The notes: generated by a model not told the origin, from the letters alone. A stretch of DNA of 64,000 nucleotides from a virus (IMGVR_UViG_3300020125_000051:17008-81007); one strand, 5' to 3'; counted from the stretch's first letter, positions 10,301 to 21,149 are shown. Numbers and translations are program-made.

Positions 10301-10498
10301 ATGCACTTCGAAATAGAATCAGACAGAGAAATTTCTGTCCTTGGTGTTGGTATTTTAACACCTGGCGAGCCTCATCGGTTGACAGATGAGGAGCGCCAGA
10401 TGTTCAAAATTTACTATGGCCAAGATGTAATTGGTGCAAACTTTGCACCATATGTGAAAGTAACCGCAGTTGTTGAAAGTGCCGAGGGAGGTGAATAA
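10301..10498 (+). CDS. Small hypothetical tail-region protein
   Basis: Coupled ORF with SD. Confidence 0.6.
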   Translation: MHFEIESDREISVLGVGILTPGEPHRLTDEERQMFKIYYGQDVIGANFAPYVKVTAVVESAEGGE

Positions 10499-11766
10499 TG
10501 GCTAACGTTGGAATTGGTGCTGCTGGTATTGCCGGCGTAGCCGTAGAACAACTGACACCTGTAGTTGCACTTGCTGCTACTCCTGTCGCAGGTGGCGCAC
10601 TTACTGCTGGTACTTACAAATACTACATTACTGCAATTAATGCCAATGGTGAGACCACTAAGTCTAATGAGCTTACTGGTACTACTGCGGCTGGTAACTT
10701 AACGCTAACTCTAACCTGGACAGCAGTAACAGGTGCTACTGGGTATAAGATTTATCGTACTGCGGCCGCTGGTGCCACTGACTCTGAACTCTTGCTTACT
10801 ACTGTTGGAGCAGTTACCACATTCAATGATACTGCCGTTGGTGCACCTGCTGGTGCTTTCCCGACAACTAATACAGCAGTAGCACCAGGTACGTATGTTG
10901 CGCCGACTAAGTTCTTCTCATTCAACAGCGAATCAATTGCTGTAGTGGAAGAAACTGTTTTCCGCCGGCCAATCCGGTTGAGCGCGGACGTTATTAGCGC
11001 TGTTCCTGGTAACTTCCACCCTGAGGGTGAACTCAACCTTGAATCCATGGAAGATGTTATCATCTGGTTCCTGTGGGCTTCGAGAACAGCAATTGTAAAG
11101 ACTGGATCCTCACCTAACTTTACATATACTATTACTCCAACTCCAGCAGCTGTGCCAAATAAAACGCTATCTCTAACGATTGTTAGAAATGGTGTTGTGT
11201 TCGGTTACACTGGAGTTTGTTTAAATAACTTCAAGTTTGGTGTTGACAACGGACTTATGACGTTCAGTACCTCTGTTATTGGACGTGATGAAGCTGTTCA
11301 GTCTCTTCCTGTGCCAACATTCTCAACAGTTCTACCATTCGGTGCAGGTACATATTCTATCGAAATTCCAACAGCTTCGCCAGTGCTTGACACTGACACA
11401 TTCGAATTCTCGGTAGAAGATAACGCTGAAGCTCAATTCAGACTTAAGAACACTGGCCGTGGTGCACAGTTTATTAAGTATGGCGAGCGCAGTTCAACCA
11501 CCACAGTTGAACGTGACTTCGTTGATCGCACTGATTACGATGCGTTCAAAGCTATTACAGCGCAGTCTGTTACAATTACAGCCTCTAAGGGTTCTAACAA
11601 CTCAATTAGCATTCTTGCGCCTGTCTCCATTAAAGATACCTACACTGTGGGCTTGAGTGGTGAAGGTGATTTAGTTCGTGCTTCTATTGCTTACCAGAAC
11701 ATCATTGATGGTACTGGAAAGTCTTGGCAAATTGTAGTTAAGACACAAGAGGACATCATTCCATAG
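10498..11766 (+). CDS. Major tail tube protein with N-proximal Ig/FN3-like insertion
   Basis: Synteny before chaperone and tape measure; beta-rich tube pattern. Confidence 0.85.
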   Translation: MANVGIGAAGIAGVAVEQLTPVVALAATPVAGGALTAGTYKYYITAINANGETTKSNELTGTTAAGNLTLTLTWTAVTGATGYKIYRTAAAGATDSELLLTTVGAVTTFNDTAVGAPAGAFPTTNTAVAPGTYVAPTKFFSFNSESIAVVEETVFRRPIRLSADVISAVPGNFHPEGELNLESMEDVIIWFLWASRTAIVKTGSSPNFTYTITPTPAAVPNKTLSLTIVRNGVVFGYTGVCLNNFKFGVDNGLMTFSTSVIGRDEAVQSLPVPTFSTVLPFGAGTYSIEIPTASPVLDTDTFEFSVEDNAEAQFRLKNTGRGAQFIKYGERSSTTTVERDFVDRTDYDAFKAITAQSVTITASKGSNNSISILAPVSIKDTYTVGLSGEGDLVRASIAYQNIIDGTGKSWQIVVKTQEDIIP

Positions 11767-11775
11767 TGAGTAGAC

Positions 11776-12309
11776 ATGAATCCAATTTTATTTTGGATTT
11801 TATTTTCAATTGCATATTGGGCTCTAGCATTTTTACTAATCAAAAAGAAGATTAAATTCAACTTGGTATTTCCAAGTGCTAAGGAAATGTTTCAGTTATC
11901 TAAGGAGATTAAGGCAATGCCTGTTGGTGTAGTGCTTATTAGTACAAATAAGGTTGAGTTAACTCTATTGCCGGGTGGATACGTAACTGTTCGTCGAATG
12001 AATTACGGTGAAGAGTTAGATCGTACTGGCTTGGCAACAAAGTTTAAGATGGGGTCTACTAAAACCGAAAATGCCAAAGATTCGTTTGCTGGCGAACTAG
12101 ATATTAACACCAAGGAAATTGCTCTATGGGATTTCGCTAATTTAATTGTTGACCACAATATTACAGACGAAAACGAAAGACTATTGAATTTCAAAAACCC
12201 TGCGGACGTAGCTAGACTTCATCCTTTAGTAGGTAAAGAAATTGGTGAAGCAATTGATGCTTGGCAGTCTCAGGCATTAGAAACGAGTGATGAAGTAAAA
12301 AACTCTTAA
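11776..12309 (+). CDS. Tail assembly chaperone (probable main start ATG 11917)
   Basis: Between tail tube and tape measure; SD AAGGAG before 11917; ends at a slippery site. Confidence 0.8.
   Translation: MNPILFWILFSIAYWALAFLLIKKKIKFNLVFPSAKEMFQLSKEIKAMPVGVVLISTNKVELTLLPGGYVTVRRMNYGEELDRTGLATKFKMGSTKTENAKDSFAGELDINTKEIALWDFANLIVDHNITDENERLLNFKNPADVARLHPLVGKEIGEAIDAWQSQALETSDEVKNS
12297..12303 (+). promoter_or_regulatory. -1 programmed ribosomal frameshift heptamer A AAA AAC
   Basis: X XXY YYZ in frame just before the chaperone stop; the -1 frame is open into ORF 12327-12539. Confidence 0.8.
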
Positions 12310-12326
12310 TTGAGCTACGAAAAGCG

Positions 12327-12539
12327 GTGATGGTACCAAACGCGAAGGTAGCTCAAGAAACACAAGCAATACTTAATACCATTAGAATTTGTGAAAAATT
12401 TAATACATTGCCTAGAGACGGAGGCTATTTTTCACAAGATAGCCTATTCGTTCATATACTACAAAATGTACTAGCTTGGGATGCGCAACGAGCAGAGCTA
12501 GATAGGAGAAAGCAACAATCAAAATTGCCTACCCAATAA
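12327..12539 (+). CDS. Frameshifted (GT) extension of tail assembly chaperone
   Basis: -1 frame relative to the chaperone; ends just before the tape measure gene. Confidence 0.75.
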   Translation: MMVPNAKVAQETQAILNTIRICEKFNTLPRDGGYFSQDSLFVHILQNVLAWDAQRAELDRRKQQSKLPTQ

Positions 12540-12560
12540 TTACGAATTGAGTGGGTCAGC

Positions 12561-15500
12561 GTGCCATTTAGTGCAACAAGAGATTTATGGCTCGTCCTTA
12601 AGGCTCGTGATGAAGCATCACGAGCCATGGGTGCTTTCTCACGTGATATTCGCATGGTTGGCGACAGTGTTAAGCTAGCTAACCTACAAGCAGCTAGATC
12701 AGCATTAGTTAATCATCAAGCAATTCAACGTATGACTGGTGCATCCCAACAGGATATTCTAGTAACGCAGAGAAGAATTCAGCAACTTGATCAGCAAATT
12801 GGCCAAATGCGTGTTGCTAAAGCTGCAATGGAAGAACAACGAGTATCATCACAAAGACTCGCTTCGGCCTTGCAAGGTACTGCTGGTGTTGCAACTGCTC
12901 TAGGTACCGGATTAGTTGCTGCTGGCGCTTTTGGTCTAATGGGTCTTAAGAAGCTAGTTGATGCTTCTGTGGACTATCAGAAGCAATCCGCCTTAACTGT
13001 TACTCAGGTTGATAAGTTTGCCATCTCTCTACAAGATATTGAGAAGATTGGTCTTAGAGTAGCTAATGCTGTTGGTGTACCATTCCAGGAAATTCAGCCA
13101 GCGCTATTCGATATCTTCTCATCTATGGAAGTTGGCGCATCTGACGCTGAGAAACTTCTAACTGTATTCTCCAAAGCGGCTGTTGCTGGTCAAACAGATA
13201 TTCAAAGTGCTTCTAAAGCTACCATTGGTATTCTAAACGCTTTCCAATTACCATTAACTAGTATTAACCACTTAATGGATGTTCAGTTCCAACTGGTTAA
13301 GGAAGGTATTGGTAGCTATTCAGACTGGACAGCAAAAATTGGCCAGGTAACACCATCAGCAGTTCGGTTTGGACAGTCAGTTGATATTATGGCAGCCGCG
13401 CTGGCGGCTTCTACCCGTACTGGTCAGTTAGCATCACAGTCGGCTGCTGCTGTTGCTCGTGCAATGGATGCAATGTCCAATCCTACCGCAATAGAAGCAA
13501 TGAAGCAATTTGGAGTTAATGCTGTTGATGCTCAAGGCAACTTCCGTTCCATGATTGATATTCTGTTTGACTTTAGAAAACAACTAGATAAAATTCCAGG
13601 TGAAGCTGCAAAGACAAAAGCAATTGTTGACATCTTCAAAGGTGCTGGTGGTACCATTCAGGCTCGAAGATTCTTGCAAAACATGCTTATGACTCCAGGA
13701 AACCTAGAATTGTTCCAAAACATCTTTAAAACAATGAGTACTGAATCTGGTTCATTTGAACAAGCATATGAAACAATGGCAGGTACAGTTGCAACCCAAT
13801 CTCAACTAGTTGCTAACAAATGGGAAACACTAAAAATCGCAGCCGGAACAGCGTTGACGCCTTCATTCATGAAAGTTTTAGATATAGTTGGTAAAGTATT
13901 AGATAAATTCAACCAACTATCTCCCGCAACTCAAAAAACCATCATGACGATAATTGGATTATCTGTAGTTGGATCAATTGTAATTGGTATGTTGTTACTA
14001 TTTCTTGGGTTATTGGCTGGACTTATTGCGGCTATTACTGTCGCTGGAAGCGCAATATTAGTTGTTACTGGTGTGATGGCTGGGTTAATAGCTGGTATTG
14101 TAGCACTTACAGTGGCTTTAATTTTAGCTTGGAAGAGAAGCCAAGAGTTCCGAGATTTAATAATGAGTGTTGCTGATGTAATTGAACATTTATGGAAAGA
14201 TATAATTGTACCATTTGCACAGGATTTAGCTGCTGGATTTGAAAAGAATATTCTTCCAGCACTAATTAAGTTCCGTGACATTATTAAAAATGATGTTATG
14301 CCACTAGTAACGCATTTTGTTAAAGTTTTTGGTAGCGAATTTCTTGCTAGAGCTAAAGAAGCAGCCAACTTAATAAAAGACAAACTTGTATTTGCATTTG
14401 ACCAAATTGGGCAAGTTTTAAATAAAATTGTTATACCTGCATTCCAGTGGTTAACTAAATTTTATAAGGAACACAAAGAGACTGTTGACCAACTCATTAA
14501 AATCTTCATGCAACTTGCTAAATGGTTGTTCATCATTGGAGCAATCATTACTGGTGTGCTACTTGTAGTTTTTGGTGGTCCAATTGTTGGCATTATAGTT
14601 ACCTTTGCGCTTCTTATAGCTGGTATTGGTATTGCCATAATTTGGGTTGTCGAACGTGTTAAAGACATAATTGATTGGTTCAAGCATTTCGGCGAGCACA
14701 TGAGTTGGCTCGGTGATAGGATCTCTGATGCTTGGAAGTTCATAAAAGATCAGTTTAATCGTGGAATTGATGCCATTCGAGCTGTTTGGGAAGAGTTTTG
14801 GAACAGTAGAATTGGTAGGTTCTTAGCATCAATACTAAATGTTATTAGTTCACTTATAGAATTAGCTGTCACTATTTGGGTTGCGGTATTCAATTTCTTC
14901 CTTGATACTGTAACAACAGCATGGAATACTACTTGGAATGCTCTTTCTAGTGTTGTTCAAGCAGTTTGGGGATTCATTGGTCCATATCTACAAAGTGCTT
15001 GGGAAACCATTAGTGGCTTAGCTGTTAAGATCTGGACTCCAGTTAAGAACTTCTTTGTAGGATTATGGAATGATATTTCTAAATTTGTTACTGATAAAGC
15101 TAGAGAATTAAGAGATAATTTATCTGGCGCTTGGGAAGACATTAAGACTAGAGTTGTAAATGCTTGGAATGATGTTCGGAAATTCTTTGATGATACTGGA
15201 ACTTGGTTAAGAGATGCTGGTAGAAATCTTATTCAAGGTTTCATTGATGGTATGACAGATAAGTTTAATGCCCTTGCGGATAAGATTCGAGAGTTTGCAC
15301 AGTTCATTAAGGATCACTTCCCACACTCTCCAGCCAAGCGTGGACCTTTAGCTGGTAAGGGTGGAATGTTCTACGCAGGTCAAAACATAGTTACTCAACT
15401 AAATGATGGTATTAACAGTAGATTATCAATGGTTGGTTATGGAACTTCGCTATTAGCTAATGCGGCAGGTAACAATGCAATAGCCAGCCAAGCGAATAGT

Positions 15501-15605
15501 GGTGGTGGAAATACCATTAATCAAACCGTTAATGTTAACACTCAAGAATTGAATCCAAGAAGACAAGCAGCAGAATTAGGCTGGTTACTCGCTGGGAGCA
15601 TGTAA
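12561..15605 (+). CDS. Tape measure protein
   Basis: 1014 aa helical protein with hydrophobic segments, W-periodic repeats and PHSPAKRGPL motif. Confidence 0.95.
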   Translation: MPFSATRDLWLVLKARDEASRAMGAFSRDIRMVGDSVKLANLQAARSALVNHQAIQRMTGASQQDILVTQRRIQQLDQQIGQMRVAKAAMEEQRVSSQRLASALQGTAGVATALGTGLVAAGAFGLMGLKKLVDASVDYQKQSALTVTQVDKFAISLQDIEKIGLRVANAVGVPFQEIQPALFDIFSSMEVGASDAEKLLTVFSKAAVAGQTDIQSASKATIGILNAFQLPLTSINHLMDVQFQLVKEGIGSYSDWTAKIGQVTPSAVRFGQSVDIMAAALAASTRTGQLASQSAAAVARAMDAMSNPTAIEAMKQFGVNAVDAQGNFRSMIDILFDFRKQLDKIPGEAAKTKAIVDIFKGAGGTIQARRFLQNMLMTPGNLELFQNIFKTMSTESGSFEQAYETMAGTVATQSQLVANKWETLKIAAGTALTPSFMKVLDIVGKVLDKFNQLSPATQKTIMTIIGLSVVGSIVIGMLLLFLGLLAGLIAAITVAGSAILVVTGVMAGLIAGIVALTVALILAWKRSQEFRDLIMSVADVIEHLWKDIIVPFAQDLAAGFEKNILPALIKFRDIIKNDVMPLVTHFVKVFGSEFLARAKEAANLIKDKLVFAFDQIGQVLNKIVIPAFQWLTKFYKEHKETVDQLIKIFMQLAKWLFIIGAIITGVLLVVFGGPIVGIIVTFALLIAGIGIAIIWVVERVKDIIDWFKHFGEHMSWLGDRISDAWKFIKDQFNRGIDAIRAVWEEFWNSRIGRFLASILNVISSLIELAVTIWVAVFNFFLDTVTTAWNTTWNALSSVVQAVWGFIGPYLQSAWETISGLAVKIWTPVKNFFVGLWNDISKFVTDKARELRDNLSGAWEDIKTRVVNAWNDVRKFFDDTGTWLRDAGRNLIQGFIDGMTDKFNALADKIREFAQFIKDHFPHSPAKRGPLAGKGGMFYAGQNIVTQLNDGINSRLSMVGYGTSLLANAAGNNAIASQANSGGGNTINQTVNVNTQELNPRRQAAELGWLLAGSM

Positions 15606-17110
15606 TGTCGATTGGACTTAGCGATTACGAGTTTCAACTCGGTGATACTGGTGTGCGTCTTAATTCTGGATCGACTGTGCCTTTTGTGGACATAAGTAAA
15701 GTATCCGGTTTAGACAATGCTCCGTATCGAGAAACCATTAGAGATCATGAAGGCGCAGATGGTGGTTTCATTGATGCAGAATTTGAAAAAGGTAGAGATA
15801 TAATTCTTGAAGGTATGGTTTATGGAGACCTTACAAATGTAGAAAGTATTTTAGATTCTCTAAAATTAAATTTTGCTCCAGTTACTTCGCCAATTCCTTT
15901 TTATATCAAGCCAGGTACAGTTAACGAACGTTTAGTATTTGTTAAGTCTCGTGGGGCTCGATATGATTGGGATACTGCCAGAAGAATTGGTTGTACTGAA
16001 ATTCAATTCTTACTATTTGCTGAGGATCCACGTATATATGATGCAAACCTTTCCTCAGTAATAATTGGCTTTGGTGGTATTGCTGGTAATGGATTAGCTT
16101 TTACAACTTATTTGGATACGTTTACTCGTGTTACATCGAGTGGTTTTGGAACTTCAAACTCTGGAAATACATATACACTTACCGGAACAGCCGCAGACTT
16201 CTCCACAGATGGTACTAAAGCTAAGATTACTCTAAATGCGTCCACTACGACGGTGTACACAGCACAGCCTAACGTAACAGCAGTAGTAAACCAGTACGCA
16301 TATATTCAAGGTGCATTTTTATCTGCTACACCTACAGGTGGTAGTATCTCTGCACTGTTTGACCTACGTGCAGTAGACGCGAGCAATTATTATCGAGCCG
16401 AACTTATTTGGACAACCTCGAATACTATTCAGATAGCTCTGAGCAAGACGGTAGCAAGCGTCAATTCTTCTCTCGTCGCTGCGACTACTGTTGGTGGATT
16501 AACCTCAGCTTCGCTCATTAACGTAAGAGTTGAGGTTACACAAGGCCAGAGCGTATCAACAACTAGTGCTTTTCGTGCAAAGGTTTGGGCACAAGGTACG
16601 GCTGAACCTACAGCTTTCAACGTTGAAGCATTTGATGGTGCTGTTACAGCTGCTGGTGGATTTAAGATTAATGCTGTTCGTAACGCAGGCAATACTAACT
16701 CAGCACCCATTATATCTTTTGATCAAACTGAATTAGACGAAGGAATAGGATTTAATCTAGACTTTGGTGGTGGCGCTGCTCCCAGTGGTACTAACGTAAC
16801 TAATATTGGGAATCGTGCTACACCAATCAATTTCATTTTGCAAGGACCAATTGATAATCCAGTTATTTTTAATAACACTAGTAGTCATAATTTACAATTT
16901 GCAATTTCATTGAGTGCTAGCGATACTCTCACTATTAATACTCGGGATCGTACAGTTTATCTAAACGGAAATATAAATAGACGTAGTACTCTTGTAAATC
17001 CAGATTGGTTCTTTTTAGATCCAGGCACTAGCAATATTACATTTGGAGGATCTAGTGGTACTCCAGGTACAACTCAATTAACCATGCAATTTAGATCAGC
17101 TTGGCGGTAG
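15605..17110 (+). CDS. Distal tail protein with inserted beta domain
   Basis: Follows tape measure; F.AEDPRIY, N.GN..TP and WFFL.PG motifs flank a ~220 aa insert. Confidence 0.8.
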   Translation: MSIGLSDYEFQLGDTGVRLNSGSTVPFVDISKVSGLDNAPYRETIRDHEGADGGFIDAEFEKGRDIILEGMVYGDLTNVESILDSLKLNFAPVTSPIPFYIKPGTVNERLVFVKSRGARYDWDTARRIGCTEIQFLLFAEDPRIYDANLSSVIIGFGGIAGNGLAFTTYLDTFTRVTSSGFGTSNSGNTYTLTGTAADFSTDGTKAKITLNASTTTVYTAQPNVTAVVNQYAYIQGAFLSATPTGGSISALFDLRAVDASNYYRAELIWTTSNTIQIALSKTVASVNSSLVAATTVGGLTSASLINVRVEVTQGQSVSTTSAFRAKVWAQGTAEPTAFNVEAFDGAVTAAGGFKINAVRNAGNTNSAPIISFDQTELDEGIGFNLDFGGGAAPSGTNVTNIGNRATPINFILQGPIDNPVIFNNTSSHNLQFAISLSASDTLTINTRDRTVYLNGNINRRSTLVNPDWFFLDPGTSNITFGGSSGTPGTTQLTMQFRSAWR

Positions 17111-18232
17111 ATGATGGCAGTTATTAATCCTTGTGGATTCTTACAAAATGCTGGTGCGACTCACACAGCGGAACAGGTGCGCAACTGGCATGGACTGCTG
17201 ACTGCTGGCCGAGCTAGTTCAACAAGTCTTGTTTCTCGTGGTGGTGTTAATCCTGCTTTAGGTAATCAATTACTTGTTACCCAAACTGGATCACCTTCAA
17301 TGGCAGTTATCGTAAAATCTGGACAAGCAACTATTGGTGGTTCTGAAGGTTCTAAGCAAGGCGTATACAGTGTACTAAATGATGCTGATGTTACGTTGAG
17401 CATTAGCGCAGCCCATGCAACCTTAAATAGAATTGACCTTGTTTGTTTTAAGGTTGAAGATCAAGCTTATTCAGGTTCGGTAAATTCTAGTTCATTAGTA
17501 GTTGTTACAGGTACACCAGCTAGTTCACCTTCTCCACCGACAGCCCCAAATAACTCAATAACATTGGCGCAGGTATCGATTGTTGCCAATGATACTTCTA
17601 TTACTAATAACGAGATAACGGATAAGCGCCCGTTTATGGCTGCAACGGGTGGTGTTATTGTTTGTGCAAGTACCACGCGACCTACTGCTGGTACAGTTAG
17701 TGCTGGTCAGCTTATCTATGAGACCGACACAACTAGCATTTTGCAAACAGACAATGACGGTACATCCTGGAAGAAAATTGGACCAAAGGGTGTAATCGCG
17801 CGCGTACAGCGTACCACTACGTATAGCTCGACAGGCGCTGAGATCGGCGTCCTTAGATTAGATAATGTTCCTGTAATTTCAGGAAATATCTACTTATTGC
17901 AAGTACATGGTATGAACTTTACAGGTGGAGCAGCCAACCTGAGCGTTGCAGGACGTCTTCGGGTTAACTCGGCAGGTACGGCGACTACTGGTTCTACGCA
18001 GATTGCTGATACCGGTGATGAAGTCTCAACCTCATTTGCACCATATCAAGGTACACCACTAGCCGGTATCTACGTGCCCGGAGCTAACCAATCTCTGTCC
18101 GCATTGTTCTCAGTTGCGATTACAGGTGGTACAGGTACGGCGAGCTTTACAGGGTCTGCAACTAACCCTGTGAATTTCTTAATTACTGATCTAGGTACTG
18201 ATCCTGGTACTAGCCTAGGAACGATTCTGTAG
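17111..18232 (+). CDS. Minor tail protein
   Basis: NRIDLV, GTPASSP..P, LAQV.I and ITDKR motifs; G.LIYETDT. Confidence 0.75.
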   Translation: MMAVINPCGFLQNAGATHTAEQVRNWHGLLTAGRASSTSLVSRGGVNPALGNQLLVTQTGSPSMAVIVKSGQATIGGSEGSKQGVYSVLNDADVTLSISAAHATLNRIDLVCFKVEDQAYSGSVNSSSLVVVTGTPASSPSPPTAPNNSITLAQVSIVANDTSITNNEITDKRPFMAATGGVIVCASTTRPTAGTVSAGQLIYETDTTSILQTDNDGTSWKKIGPKGVIARVQRTTTYSSTGAEIGVLRLDNVPVISGNIYLLQVHGMNFTGGAANLSVAGRLRVNSAGTATTGSTQIADTGDEVSTSFAPYQGTPLAGIYVPGANQSLSALFSVAITGGTGTASFTGSATNPVNFLITDLGTDPGTSLGTIL

Positions 18233-18240
18233 GTGATAAG

Positions 18241-18417
18241 ATGTATCATTTAGTTAAAGAAGGCCAAACAGAAGCATTATGTGGACAATATGATGAAGAA
18301 AAGGATCAATTAGTTCCAGAAGCAGAAGCTAGAGATCCTAACGGTAGACACTTCAACTGTCCAAACTGTGACTATGTTCTACATGATGGTAAACGACATG
18401 TGGAGTCACCACAATGA
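18241..18417 (+). CDS. Small putative Zn-binding protein, 58 aa
   Basis: Translated by hand (MYHLVK...LCG...FNCPNCDYVLH); SD AGGTGA; ATGA overlap with the endolysin. Confidence 0.65.
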   Translation: MYHLVKEGQTEALCGQYDEEKDQLVPEAEARDPNGRHFNCPNCDYVLHDGKRHVESPQ

Positions 18418-19370
18418 CTACTGTCTATGGTTGGGATACCTCATCCCATGACGATACACCTACTAGTTTAGATGGATTGTCATTCTTTACCTGTAAGATT
18501 ACCGATGGCGACCATTGGTATGAAAACTCAACTGCAACCGCTAAGCTTACGGCGATGCGTGATTTTGGTTGTCCCATTCTTGGCACTTACCACGTCCTGT
18601 GGGGTAATGCGTCAATAGCCAACCAAGCTGCTTGGTATATTCAAACAATGGATAAAAGAATACCATGGTGGCGTGATTTTCCATATTGGATTTGTCAATC
18701 AGATAATGAACCATTTGGTTATAATGTAAAACCAACAATATCACAAATTAATGAATTTCATGATAGAGTTATAGACTTATCCAATGGAAAATTACCATTC
18801 GAACGACACATGGGTTATACTCCACAGTGGGTATATGGTGCTGGTGTAGCACAACAAAAGGTAGCTTGGTGGCAGTCTAACTATGGTACAAATCCCACAG
18901 GATGGTATCAAACTGTCTACAATAACACAGTTGGAAATAGTTCTTCAAAGTGGAATGGTCCTAAAGAAATAATGTTTTTGCAGTATGGATCAAACACCAC
19001 TATCGCTGGTCAAACGACAAGCGATGCTAACGCTTTTCGTGGTAGCCTAGAAGATTTGAAGAAAGTATTAGGAGGAGGAGAAGACGATATGACTCCCGAA
19101 CAGAACACGATGCTATACAATACTGCCCAGCTAACCTATGAGGCTTTAATTTTGGGTAACGATACCATGGGTGCCTCATTATTCCTTGGTAATCCACCAG
19201 TACAAACTGATGCAATACCGATTAAATTAGTACGCAAGGTAAACGATTTAATGACGAAAGTGACGGAACTCGAAGCCAAGATTGACGCTTTGCAAGCTGG
19301 CAGTGGTCTTACTTATGAGCAAACCGTACAGGCGGCTTTTGAGGGTGCACAAAAGGCTGAAACTGAGTAG
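18414..19370 (+). CDS. Endolysin, GH25-like muramidase
   Basis: YGWDTS, K.TDG, GTYH, D.E, WW.SNY, QY.S and D.NAF.G motifs of glycoside hydrolase family 25. Confidence 0.8.
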   Translation: MTTVYGWDTSSHDDTPTSLDGLSFFTCKITDGDHWYENSTATAKLTAMRDFGCPILGTYHVLWGNASIANQAAWYIQTMDKRIPWWRDFPYWICQSDNEPFGYNVKPTISQINEFHDRVIDLSNGKLPFERHMGYTPQWVYGAGVAQQKVAWWQSNYGTNPTGWYQTVYNNTVGNSSSKWNGPKEIMFLQYGSNTTIAGQTTSDANAFRGSLEDLKKVLGGGEDDMTPEQNTMLYNTAQLTYEALILGNDTMGASLFLGNPPVQTDAIPIKLVRKVNDLMTKVTELEAKIDALQAGSGLTYEQTVQAAFEGAQKAETE

Positions 19371-19372
19371 GA

Positions 19373-20461
19373 ATGACTACATACCGTTACATTTTTGGAA
19401 CGTTAGGCACCGAGCAGGTTATCGAAGAGATACCCTGCTATGGTGTCACTATGGATATGCAAATGAACCACGGAGGCCAATGGCAGGGTACTTTTCAATT
19501 AGACCAAACAGGTAAACAAAATGTAGACTTATTAGCTGCAACTGTTCCTGGACGTTGTTGGGTAGCAGCAGAACGTAATGGTATTCCAGTTTGGCTTGGA
19601 TATATTTGGAGTAGAGTTTACTCTGCACAGTCAAAGTCAGTTCAAATGTTTGCACTAAGTTTTGAACATTATCCAGAAAAAAGATTGGTGAGACAAGATA
19701 TTACATTTGCAGCTACCGAACAACGTAACATTTATAGGTCATTGTGGACTCAGATGCAATCTGATTTTGGAAGTAACTTAAATATCAATGTACCCGGCTC
19801 ATTTACAACTGTAATTACTAAGGATCTTACTGTACTTGCTACAGACTTCAAGTACTATGACAATGTCATGTCAGGTATTGCAGACGCAGTAGATGGATTT
19901 GACTGGTACATTGCAATTTCAAAGGATGGTACTAACTACCGAAAAGATTTGCTAATTGGTTATCCAACTCTCGGTAGTGGTGTAAGTGCTTCTATGAATG
20001 TATTCGAGTACCCTGGTAATATAACACAATACTATTTGACTGAGTACATGTCTGATGCTGCAACTAACTTATTTGTGTTAGGTGCAGGTGAAGGATCAGA
20101 TATGTTAGTTTCAGAATATGTAAATAGTCCATTGTTAATATCTGGATTTCCACGGTGGGATATTACAGTTAGTCGCAAAGATCTGAACGATCAAACAACC
20201 GTAGATGCTATAGCCAATCAACTTGGACAAATTAATGCACCACCCATTAATGTTATAAAAATAACTGTAAAGGGAAATTTAACTCCTGAGTTTGGAAGCT
20301 ACACTCTTGGTGATGTATGTAAGATAGTAATTAAAGATCCAAGATGGCCTAACAATGGATTTAAAGGAAATAAGAGATTATTAAAATGGACTCTAACTCC
20401 TCAATCTTCAGATAATACTGAAGAAGCCGAACTAGTATTCCAAGGTGATCCAGATGTCTGA
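19373..20461 (+). CDS. Minor tail / baseplate hub protein
   Basis: VW.G.IW.R, FEYPGNI, GAGEG and Y.LGD motifs. Confidence 0.75.
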   Translation: MTTYRYIFGTLGTEQVIEEIPCYGVTMDMQMNHGGQWQGTFQLDQTGKQNVDLLAATVPGRCWVAAERNGIPVWLGYIWSRVYSAQSKSVQMFALSFEHYPEKRLVRQDITFAATEQRNIYRSLWTQMQSDFGSNLNINVPGSFTTVITKDLTVLATDFKYYDNVMSGIADAVDGFDWYIAISKDGTNYRKDLLIGYPTLGSGVSASMNVFEYPGNITQYYLTEYMSDAATNLFVLGAGEGSDMLVSEYVNSPLLISGFPRWDITVSRKDLNDQTTVDAIANQLGQINAPPINVIKITVKGNLTPEFGSYTLGDVCKIVIKDPRWPNNGFKGNKRLLKWTLTPQSSDNTEEAELVFQGDPDV

Positions 20462-21149
20462 TAAATATAATACTGGACCAGACGATATTGTTAAGCGAAT
20501 TTCAGACCTAGAAGCGAGAATATCTACGCTTGAACGTGTGCCTAGTTTAAGCAGTGCTTCTATTGATGCCGGTGGTCTTACTGTAAAGGGTGGCAACATT
20601 CGGGTAACTGACCCTAGTGGAGTTGTACAAGTAATACTTGGGTTACAATCCGATGGTTCATATGGATTAGGTGTATTAGAATCTGGTGCAGGATTTCACC
20701 AAGTACCCTATGTATATAGTGATTTTATTCAAACAGGTGAAACTGCAACTAGCACTTCCTATCAAGATTTAGCTACTGTTGGTCCTCAAGTTACCGTTCC
20801 AGTTAGATCAAGTGGCCGAATAGTTGTATTTGCTACTGCACAGATGCAATATTTGAGTTCTACTGGTGCCAATATAACTCAAGGTGGCGTATTTAACGTA
20901 GCTATGTCAGGTGCTAATACTAGAAGTCCTGTTGATGCAAGTGACCCATTAGTGGGTGTATGGACGCAGAACATGATTGTTAGTGCTGGTACTGATACCT
21001 TTACAAATATTATTGATATTACAGCACAGGCTACTTTTATAGGATTAACTCCTGGACTAACTACTGTTACTTTGAAATATCGTAGATCAGCCACAGCAGC
21101 ATCAAATACAGATTTTTTCCGTCGTGGGTTAACTGTAATAGCCATTTAG
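20445..21149 (+). CDS. Minor tail protein
   Basis: N-terminal coiled coil (DIVKRISDLEARISTLER) followed by a beta domain. Confidence 0.7.
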   Translation: MIQMSDKYNTGPDDIVKRISDLEARISTLERVPSLSSASIDAGGLTVKGGNIRVTDPSGVVQVILGLQSDGSYGLGVLESGAGFHQVPYVYSDFIQTGETATSTSYQDLATVGPQVTVPVRSSGRIVVFATAQMQYLSSTGANITQGGVFNVAMSGANTRSPVDASDPLVGVWTQNMIVSAGTDTFTNIIDITAQATFIGLTPGLTTVTLKYRRSATAASNTDFFRRGLTVIAI

